Source of the DNA: an uncultured Pseudomonadota bacterium
GTDB taxonomy: Bacteria; Pseudomonadota; Alphaproteobacteria; Rs-D84
Assembly: GCA_902799285.1 (NCBI GenBank)
Contig: CADCAA010000001.1
Span: 7,533-71,532, forward strand
Direction: 5' to 3'
Length of the DNA: 64,000 nucleotides
The position numbers and the translations under genes are program-made. The notes below the pieces were generated by a model, which was not told the origin of the DNA, searched no databases, and saw only the letters and a program-made list of their open reading frames with translations. The stretch's first letter is position 1. Each line of letters opens with the position of its first letter. Below are positions 28,294 to 35,162 of the stretch, piece by piece.

Positions 28294-28322
28294 TTGCACA
28301 GATTCGGTCAAATTGTTATAAT
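28294..28322 (+). promoter_or_regulatory. Sigma70-type promoter of the TcpQ-like/secretin operon
   Basis: TTGCAC (28294-28299), 17-nt spacer, TGtTATAAT (-10 at 28317-28322). The RBS AAAGGA precedes ATG 28356. Confidence 0.6.
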
Positions 28323-28355
28323 AATAGCATCTAGATTGAAAGAAAGGACCTTTAA

Positions 28356-29216
28356 ATGTTTCGTAAGTTTTTGATTTTTGCAATGTTTGCAACGGCGGCT
28401 GGCTATTGCTTTGCTGATTCTTATTTGCCCCAGGTGACCACGTCCGAGGTTTTTGTTAACGGTGACATAATCGAACATCGTGCGACGCAAAATGATGCGC
28501 GTGATGCGGAACCGGCGCCGGTCGCGGAATATGGTAATGTTCCTGCGTGGCCAATTGCGGGTTCGGACGCGGACGTGACTGTAAAGTGCGATGATAAACC
28601 GGGTGTAAAAAATTCTGATAATATTCGTATTGTGTCCAAAATTGGCGATGATATGATTGTTGATAATACGTTTGATTTCAATGGAACTGGTTGGACGGGT
28701 GGTGCAAATATGCTGCACGGGAACCGGATTCCAATGGGATTTGACGACGAATGCGAAAATGGTGCCGAAATGCCTTTGTTGCGTCGCGATATGCTAGAAG
28801 ATGACGGTGGCAGTGTATTGGCTGTATCGCGCAGTGGTCGTAAAAATTGCACAAAGCGTAATGGTGCGGCGGACGCCGTGTTTATGGAAATGGATAACGA
28901 TGCCGATATTGCCGAAATTGGGGTAAAATCTGATGCCCAGGCGCCAAAATCACAACCGGACCAGGTTCGTTCTTGGGTTGTCGCCAATGGCCAGACCTTG
29001 CGTGAGGTTTTACAAAATTGGTGCGACAAAGAGGGCTGGGATTTGGTATGGGCGACATCGCGCGAATACCCGATTGAGGCCAGTGCTGTATTCAAGGGTC
29101 GTTTTACAGATGTTGCGTCTGCGTTGGTGCGTAATTTTGGACGTGCGACACCTGTGCCGTATGCCAAGTTTTACAAGGGAAATTTGGTTTTGGTGATTTC
29201 TACTAACGAAGACTAA
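28356..29216 (+). CDS. TcpQ/PilL-family type IVb pilus secretin-associated protein
   Basis: Signal peptide MFRKFLIFAMFATAAGYCFA. The C-terminal block VRSWVVANGQTLREVLQNWCDKEGWDLVWATSREYPIEASAVFKGRFTDVASALVRNF...YAKFYKGNLVLVIS matches the TcpQ-domain pattern of PilL/TcpQ proteins as recalled from memory. Confidence 0.6.
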   Translation: MFRKFLIFAMFATAAGYCFADSYLPQVTTSEVFVNGDIIEHRATQNDARDAEPAPVAEYGNVPAWPIAGSDADVTVKCDDKPGVKNSDNIRIVSKIGDDMIVDNTFDFNGTGWTGGANMLHGNRIPMGFDDECENGAEMPLLRRDMLEDDGGSVLAVSRSGRKNCTKRNGAADAVFMEMDNDADIAEIGVKSDAQAPKSQPDQVRSWVVANGQTLREVLQNWCDKEGWDLVWATSREYPIEASAVFKGRFTDVASALVRNFGRATPVPYAKFYKGNLVLVISTNED

Positions 29217-29240
29217 ATGCTTGGTGGGAGATATAGAGAT

Positions 29241-30869
29241 ATGAGAAGTTTGTTGAAAAAATTTGTTGTGTTTGCGTTTCTGGGGGCTGTGCTGGCGGGC
29301 TGTGCGCGTGAACAATCGGCCAAGGTTGCGGCGACCGTTGACCAGGATTTCGTTAACGCGTATGATGCGTTTGAAATGGCAAAAAATCCCCGTGCCAAGG
29401 TGGCCAGTGGCGATACGGTATCTGTATCCGAAGGTGTATGGTTGGGGAATAAATCGATATCGCTGGAACATCGCAATAATTTGCCGGCGCAATTTGAAAC
29501 GGATACGGGCATTACGATTTTGCTGGATGAACCTGTGACGTTGCAGGTTTTGGCGAATAATATCAATACTGTGACACATATTCCGGTTAAAATCGACAGG
29601 CAAATTAATTCTGAAAAATTGAAAAAGACAATCAATGTCGCATATACCGGTAAATTGTCCGGATTGCTGTCCCAGGTTGCAACCGATTTAGACCTGTTGT
29701 GGTATTATGATAAAAATTCGATTGTGTTTTATGAAACGGAAACGCGCACGTTTTCATTGTATGCGCTGGGGACCGATATTTCGTACCAGACCGCCGTGTC
29801 GACCGATAATTCCAGTAATGTTGTGCTGGAATCAACAATGAAGGAATGGGACGAGGTTGAAAAGGCCCTGACCGCGATTGTTGGTAATGCGGAAAATTCT
29901 GATTTCACCGTGTCGCGCAGTTTGGGAACAATTACCGCCACGGCACCACCGTCTGTGTTGGCGCGTATCAGTGACTATGTTGATCGGCAAAACAAACGGT
30001 TGTCGCAATTGGTGACAATTGATGTCAAGGTTTTACAGGTATCAATCGCGAACGATTCGGCATTCGGGTTGAATTTGGCGGCGGCGATAAATTCTACATC
30101 TGGGTTGAATATCGTTGCGAACCCCAAGAATAACTTGGCGGCCGTCGGGGCCAGTTCGATGAACATCGCCGTGTTGTCAAACGCGCTGTCTGCGACAACG
30201 GGTGCGACGCACGTCGAAAACGGCAGTGTGGTCAGTGGCGCATATACAAATGATCAAATTATGAACGGATCATTGGCGCGTGGCGCGGGCAGTGCCGGCT
30301 TGATTGAGGCTTTGGCAAAACAGGGCAAGGTGTCTTTGGTGACAAATGTTGGTGTGACGACGCGTAATAATCGTGTTGCCCCGGTCAGCAATATGACATC
30401 AACCGGATATATCAAACGTTTTGAATCTCGCAACTTTACAACGGTCGAATCCAGTACCGTTGACCAGGCGGATTTACAAACTGGTTTTTCAATGCAATTG
30501 TTGCCGAATGTTTTGGAAAATGGCAAAATTTTGTTGTTGTTCAGAATGTCTGTGCGTGAATTGGTGAAAATGTCGACCCAATCGATTGGCGAGGTCACAT
30601 TGCAATTGCCCGAGGTCGAAGAACGCAGTTTTATGCAAGAGGTTATTATGGAATCCGGCCAAATGTTGGTTGTATCTGGGTTTGAAAAGCAAAAGAATAA
30701 TGACACACGTTATGGTTTGGGCGATCCTGACTTTATGGCATTGTCTGGGTCACGTTCTACGACATCCGGCCGTGATGTGTTGGTTGTTATCCTGACGCCC
30801 CAGGTATTAATCAGTCCGTTGGATGCGGAACGCAGTATCCAACAAAATTGGGGAACACCATTGAATTAA
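29241..30869 (+). CDS. Lipoprotein secretin, type IVb pilus class (PilN/TcpC/BfpB-like)
   Basis: ATG 29241 and lipobox AVLAGC. C-terminal secretin domain (GKVSLVTNVGVTTRNNRVAPV...GFSMQLLPNVLENGKILLLFRMSVREL...GQMLVVSGFEKQKNN...RDVLVVILTPQVL). Confidence 0.8.
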   Translation: MRSLLKKFVVFAFLGAVLAGCAREQSAKVAATVDQDFVNAYDAFEMAKNPRAKVASGDTVSVSEGVWLGNKSISLEHRNNLPAQFETDTGITILLDEPVTLQVLANNINTVTHIPVKIDRQINSEKLKKTINVAYTGKLSGLLSQVATDLDLLWYYDKNSIVFYETETRTFSLYALGTDISYQTAVSTDNSSNVVLESTMKEWDEVEKALTAIVGNAENSDFTVSRSLGTITATAPPSVLARISDYVDRQNKRLSQLVTIDVKVLQVSIANDSAFGLNLAAAINSTSGLNIVANPKNNLAAVGASSMNIAVLSNALSATTGATHVENGSVVSGAYTNDQIMNGSLARGAGSAGLIEALAKQGKVSLVTNVGVTTRNNRVAPVSNMTSTGYIKRFESRNFTTVESSTVDQADLQTGFSMQLLPNVLENGKILLLFRMSVRELVKMSTQSIGEVTLQLPEVEERSFMQEVIMESGQMLVVSGFEKQKNNDTRYGLGDPDFMALSGSRSTTSGRDVLVVILTPQVLISPLDAERSIQQNWGTPLN

Positions 30870-30871
30870 AA

Positions 30872-30896
30872 AATCCGCTTCGGCGGATTTTTTTAT
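30872..30896 (+). terminator. Rho-independent terminator after the secretin gene
   Basis: AATCCGC-TTCG-GCGGATT followed by a T7 run. Confidence 0.8.
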
Positions 30897-31371
30897 TGCC
30901 AAGGGTTGTTTCCATTTTCTATACTAATAATCAGAATTCAATCGGAGTTGAATTCGGGGCCTTCAAAAGCCTTATCAAAACCCGGTGCAGGGTTTGCACT
31001 GTTATCCGAAAGCAGGACCGATTCGGTTTTGCGATAAATGACAGATTCAGACTTTGCGCCGACATATATAAAATTTTTCGTTGGCGCAAATTTTTTTGTA
31101 TAACGAAAATTTTGTATATGGATATATCCAATGATTAAACCCCGACGATGGTACCGGTTCGGGGTGCTGTATATCGCAAGGTATATGGGATCACATGGTT
31201 TTGATGATTTTTGAACACCCCGACCGCACTCTTGATTGAGGCGGTATTTTTTGTTTGTTTCGGGATTTTGCCCCGAAAACAATTCCCGCTGTTTAACCGC
31301 CGAAATCGGCGACAAGACAAGGCTTGGTCCTGAAACAAACAAAAAATACCACGAAAGCAAAGGGGAGACAG

Positions 31372-33606
31372 ATGAAAAAGATTTTGTTTGGATTGTTTGC
31401 ATTATTGTTTACCGTGCCGGTGTGGGCGACGAATCCGTGTCAGAATTTATGGAATAAAAATTTGGCTATCAGCGGCGCATACGATGCTAATGGCAGTTAC
31501 ACATATGATGATGCCAACACAACATATTCTGAAATTATGCCCGTGACCGCTGGACAAACAGTTGTTAGTATTACCCCGTTTAGCACTATGCATTTTATTG
31601 TGGTTTATAATGCTTCTGGTGCTGTGATATATCGGCCAGGACCGCAAACAGGCACCAGGGTTACATGGACTATTCCTGATAACGGTGTTGGCATGCGACC
31701 TATATTTGGAACAGCGAGTGCACCTGTGCATCCAGATGATAATATATTGATTTCATTGGATACCACGGCGACGGCGTATACGCCTTATGATCCGCGGTGT
31801 GAGACATGTGACGGGACGGTGATGAACTATACTTCGGCAACCGGAACCGTGACACAGAACGGCACGCCGACACCGACAAACCCGATTGACCCGGTTTTCT
31901 TTCGCCAAGGCGATATGGTCCTGCGCAAAGTCGGTGATGTCGCCGATTCATACGATGCAACAACCGGTAAAATCACACGCCGCGTCGGGGTCAAGGTGCT
32001 GAAGGGAACGGAAGAGTGGACACAAACCACGAGTACTTATAACGGTCTTGTTTATTATCGCGCTCTAAGCATATTGTATAATGCACCGGCAACCGGCGGC
32101 AACAATGCCGAGTTATATCCTGTTATATCTAATGTATTATCGCATAAATCTGGCATATGGTATAATACTAGCGATATGGAAAATGGAATTTCAACTTGTA
32201 ACAATGGTCAATGTATTGCAATGTCTCTTGTTTCTACATATCCAACAACCAGTGAGTTTAAGTCTTGGCTGGCGGGGCAGTATGCCGCGGGGAAACCGGT
32301 TGTGGTTTATTACCAGTTGGCTACACCGGTCGAGGAAGATTGGACGGAAAGTTCATATTGTTATTTGGCAATCAAAATTGCGACCACGCAACATGTGGCG
32401 GGGGCGTTCAGTGGGCTGAATAGTCAGCTGACTGCGGCGATTGCGACGGTGAACAGTGTCGTCACAAATACGATTGACCAGGCGAACCGCATCGCGGCGT
32501 TGGCGACGGGCAAGCAAACCCGCCCGACGGACACTTGCCCACAATATCGGCAATGCCTGCTGGTCGAAGGTACCGACGGCACCCCGCATTGGTACGAAAT
32601 CAACGACCCGTTTTATAACTTCTTTGCCCCGATTTTGGCAACGAACACGAACGGCACATCATCCACCAACGACCCAGGATATCAGCAGTTGGAGTATATC
32701 GAATCCACCGGGACACAGTATATTGATTTGGGTTATTCTATATCTGGAGATATGGGGTTTGATTTGAAGGCACGTTGTTTGGGTGCTGCGTTTGTGTTTG
32801 GAGGTAGATTGTCTTCTACCTCTGGTGTGTCCGGTTTTAACTTTGATGAAGCTGGTAGTAAAATTGGTATACGTATGGGTGGAAACATACTTTATGATGA
32901 GGCTATTTGGTATGATGGTACGGATTATGCAGTAAGTATCAAAAATGGTGATATCGAAGTGAATGGAACGAAAGTATCTAGTTCAACATATGGTAATAAC
33001 TTTTATACAGGACGTGCATATTTGTTTGCGGTTAATGATGGCGGAAATCTCAGTTCTGTAACATTTAATCGTAGTAGAATATATTATTTCAAGATGTACA
33101 ACAATAATATTTTGACGCAAAATTTCATCCCTGTCCGCAGGCTTTCCGACAGTGCGCTCGGTATGTATGACACGGTGAGCAAAACGTTCTTTGCCAATGC
33201 GGGTAGTGGCACATTTACGGCGGGGCCGAACGTGACCAACGATTCCGACGTGCCAAGTGGCCCGACCTGGCGCGTGACGTGGACCAACAACGGCAACAGC
33301 GCAAGCGGCACCGTGTATGGCGAGGGATTGTGTAATAATGTGAGTGGAACTTCTTTGGGCGTTGCAGCAACATCAAGTCAATTAAGTAATGCGGCATGGA
33401 ATCAGAGCAGCGCAAGTTGCTGGTGCCGTGCAACGGGTTTAACAAGTGGTGGCGATACGAATACCACGGATAATGGAGTGTGGGGGTTCCTCGCCACGTA
33501 CAGTTCGGCGGCTGATTGTGCGCGCTACTGTGCGTACGACTGCGCGGACCTCGTTCGTAGCAACCACGAGGGCTTCCGTTCGGTGATATTCAACGCCGTA
33601 AATTAA
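31372..33606 (+). CDS. Secreted modular tail-fibre-like / lectin-like protein (744 aa)
   Basis: ATG 31372 after the RBS AAAGGGGAGA. Signal peptide MKKILFGLFALLFTVPVWA. Modules are described in the findings. It shares several motifs with the 51432-53390 product. Confidence 0.75.
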   Translation: MKKILFGLFALLFTVPVWATNPCQNLWNKNLAISGAYDANGSYTYDDANTTYSEIMPVTAGQTVVSITPFSTMHFIVVYNASGAVIYRPGPQTGTRVTWTIPDNGVGMRPIFGTASAPVHPDDNILISLDTTATAYTPYDPRCETCDGTVMNYTSATGTVTQNGTPTPTNPIDPVFFRQGDMVLRKVGDVADSYDATTGKITRRVGVKVLKGTEEWTQTTSTYNGLVYYRALSILYNAPATGGNNAELYPVISNVLSHKSGIWYNTSDMENGISTCNNGQCIAMSLVSTYPTTSEFKSWLAGQYAAGKPVVVYYQLATPVEEDWTESSYCYLAIKIATTQHVAGAFSGLNSQLTAAIATVNSVVTNTIDQANRIAALATGKQTRPTDTCPQYRQCLLVEGTDGTPHWYEINDPFYNFFAPILATNTNGTSSTNDPGYQQLEYIESTGTQYIDLGYSISGDMGFDLKARCLGAAFVFGGRLSSTSGVSGFNFDEAGSKIGIRMGGNILYDEAIWYDGTDYAVSIKNGDIEVNGTKVSSSTYGNNFYTGRAYLFAVNDGGNLSSVTFNRSRIYYFKMYNNNILTQNFIPVRRLSDSALGMYDTVSKTFFANAGSGTFTAGPNVTNDSDVPSGPTWRVTWTNNGNSASGTVYGEGLCNNVSGTSLGVAATSSQLSNAAWNQSSASCWCRATGLTSGGDTNTTDNGVWGFLATYSSAADCARYCAYDCADLVRSNHEGFRSVIFNAVN

Positions 33607-33667
33607 TCAGTTTTGATTTTATGTGCATGAAATGGGGGCATCGTCCCCCGTTTGTCGCGCCGTCCAC

Positions 33668-33695
33668 AAAAAGGGGCTCCCGGGGCCCCTTTTTG
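33668..33695 (+). terminator. Probable terminator after the fibre-like gene
   Basis: AAAAAGGGGC-TCCCGGG-GCCCCTTTTT. Confidence 0.55.
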
Positions 33696-33834
33696 TCATT
33701 GCGAGGAGCCAAGACCAACTGGGGCATTGCCCCGGGCCGGGCGCGGCGACGTGGCAAACCAGTAAATAAAAAAAGTGTCGGCAAAGCCGACGGCTCTATA
33801 TTGACCTGGGTCCTTCGTTTCACTCAGGATGACA
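33694..33834 (+). repeat. MITE-like GC-rich element with imperfect terminal inverted repeats (TGTCATTGCGAGGAG ... CACTCAGGATGACA)
   Basis: The 5-prime 67 nt align with the reverse complement of 5297-5364. The 3-prime end GGGTCCTTCGTTTCACTCAGGATGACA resembles GGATCCTTGCGTCGTTTC...CCTCAGGATGACA at 5297-5364. G+C is far above the flanking DNA. Confidence 0.5.
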
Positions 33835-33841
33835 TAAAAAA

Positions 33842-33862
33842 ACATCGGACATTTGTCCGATG
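33842..33862. terminator. Bidirectional terminator (serves rpsT on the minus strand)
   Basis: ACATCGGACA-T-TGTCCGATGT perfect 10-bp stem flanked by A-runs and T-runs. Confidence 0.75.
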
Positions 33863-33867
33863 TTTTT

Positions 33868-34128
33868 TTAAGCAATTTTGGAAAGTTTTTTGGTTAAACG
33901 CGAAACCTTGCGTGCGGCGCGTTTTTTCGGCATTGTTTTGCCGGCGGATTTCATAATTTTACTTTCCGCGTTGCGCACGGCGATTGTCGCAGCCGCGCGA
34001 TCCCCAGTTGCAATTGCCGCCAAAGCCTTTTTCGTTTCGGTTTTTACAGCACTGCGCCGGGCGGTGTTAATCGCGTTCTTTTTAATTGTGACCAAAATTC
34101 TTTTTTTAGATGACTTGTGATTTGCCAT
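33868..34128 (-). CDS. rpsT: 30S ribosomal protein S20
   Basis: MANHKSSKKRI start, 86 aa, basic, S20-like throughout. Confidence 0.9.
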   Translation of the reverse strand: MANHKSSKKRILVTIKKNAINTARRSAVKTETKKALAAIATGDRAAATIAVRNAESKIMKSAGKTMPKKRAARKVSRLTKKLSKIA

Positions 34129-34210
34129 TTTTTATTTTCCCTTGTTATTTTGAACTTGTTCGTGGTAATTTTATATCAAACAAAATTAAAATCAAGGAGA
34201 ATTATCAAAA

Positions 34211-34798
34211 ATGTTGTATTTTTTTATCGTTTTGGTTGCATATGTGCTTGGAAGCATCCCGTGTGGACTGATTTTGACTAAATTGATGGGGCGGGGCGAT
34301 TTGCGCCGCGTCGGCAGTGGTAATATCGGCGCAACCAATGTGATGCGTGTGGGGGGGCTGCGTATGGCCGGATTGGTTTGGATTCTGGATATGGCCAAGG
34401 CGATGATTGCTGTATGGTTGGGGTGCCGTGTTGGATCCGTCGGTTTTGGCGCGTGGTGCGGATTTTTTGCCGTGGTTGGGCATTGTTTTCCAATCTTTTT
34501 GCGGTTTCACGGGGGCAAGGGCGTGTCGTCGATGTTTGGAACCGTGCTGGCGATAAATCCGATTATTTTTGTTGTGTGTGGCATCGAGTGGTTGATTGTC
34601 GCGCTGACATCTGGTAAATCATCGGCCGGGGCGGTGGTGGTTTTTTGCCTGGTGCCGATTTTGGGATTTGTGATGTCGGCCGCCGTGGGCGCAGCGTTTT
34701 TGGCAACTGCAATTTTGGTCGCAATTCGGCATCGCGAAAATATTGTGCGATTGGTTAGTGGTGTTGAATCATCCATCGAATGGAAGTGGCGGAAGTAG
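34211..34798 (+). CDS. plsY: Glycerol-3-phosphate acyltransferase PlsY
   Basis: GSIPCGLILTK...GSGNIGATNVMR motif and about 5 TM segments. Confidence 0.9.
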   Translation: MLYFFIVLVAYVLGSIPCGLILTKLMGRGDLRRVGSGNIGATNVMRVGGLRMAGLVWILDMAKAMIAVWLGCRVGSVGFGAWCGFFAVVGHCFPIFLRFHGGKGVSSMFGTVLAINPIIFVVCGIEWLIVALTSGKSSAGAVVVFCLVPILGFVMSAAVGAAFLATAILVAIRHRENIVRLVSGVESSIEWKWRK

Positions 34799-34805
34799 TA
34801 TGGAA

Positions 34806-35095
34806 ATATAACTGCACATCTACTTGTTATTTGTTCGCTCATGTAGCTGTATGTACACTACGCTCACAAATAACTGCGTATCTGTTGCATTCTATTTTGA
34901 TATTTGGTTTTTTTTGTTTGGACACTGCACTCGCAAATAACTTCGTATCTACCTCGTTCTATTTCCATATTTGGTTTTTTTGTGCTCACAAATAACTGCG
35001 TATCTGTTGCATTCTATTTTGATATTTAGTTTTTTTTGTGCTCGCCGGAATCAAAAGCATCTATGCGTTCTATTTCGATATTTGATTTTTCTTCC
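34806..35095 (+). repeat. Intergenic repeat cluster: one full hairpin element (9-bp arms 34826-34834/34866-34874, 31-nt conserved loop) followed by four tandem tail units of 55-67 bp
   Basis: Arms GTTATTTGT/ACAAATAAC around the loop TCGCTCATGTAGCTGTATGTACACTACGCTC. Tail units start at 34863, 34930, 34985 and 35041 (CTCRC...ATCT...TTCTATTT..ATATTTRG-T-run). Confidence 0.8.
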
Positions 35096-35107
35096 TTAGC
35101 AAATATC

Positions 35108-35136
35108 TTGAAAAAAAGTGCGTTTTGTGGTATAAT
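35108..35136 (+). promoter_or_regulatory. Near-consensus sigma70 promoter with extended -10
   Basis: TTGAAA (35108-35113), 17-nt spacer, TGgTATAAT (-10 at 35131-35136), upstream of ATG 35163. Confidence 0.65.
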
Positions 35137-35162
35137 GCGCCAAAGAGTTTGTAGGAAATTCC

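Noticed and set aside
28421-29167. 248-aa minus-strand ORF antisense to the TcpQ-like gene
   Set aside because: The plus-strand frame has a promoter, RBS, signal peptide and the TcpQ-domain motif. The minus-strand product is low-complexity Ser/Ala/Pro-rich with no start context.
30897-31371. Known housekeeping ncRNA (SRP RNA, tmRNA, RNase P RNA, 6S) in the structured spacer
   Set aside because: I could not find the conserved SRP domain IV motif (GGAA tetraloop plus AGCA), a tRNA-like 3-prime end with a TTCGA T-loop, or RNase P conserved regions by eye. This needs Infernal to be sure.
30938-31402. 154-aa minus-strand ORF and the 96-aa plus-strand ORF (30848-31138) in the long spacer
   Set aside because: Neither has an RBS or a recognisable motif. 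They overlap hairpin/terminator structures and the start of the fibre-like gene. The region is treated as non-coding.
31372-33606. Prophage or tailocin interpretation of the tail-fibre-like genes (this one and 51432-53390)
   Set aside because: No capsid, portal, terminase, tail tube/sheath, baseplate, lysis or integrase genes occur anywhere in the 64 kb. Both proteins carry Sec signal peptides and are flanked by housekeeping genes and terminators.
33621-33956. 111-aa plus-strand ORF (…SLRGAKTNWGIAPGRARRRG…VLRFTQDD…)
   Set aside because: It runs through the GC-rich MITE-like repeat and a terminator, then antisense into rpsT. Its peptide is the typical spurious translation of such palindromic repeats.
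34863-35095. Possible CRISPR array (regularly spaced repeats of about 55-67 bp)
   Set aside because: The entire unit is repeated, so there are no unique spacers between short repeats. No cas genes or leader are present. It is better explained as a tandem duplication of the hairpin-element tail.
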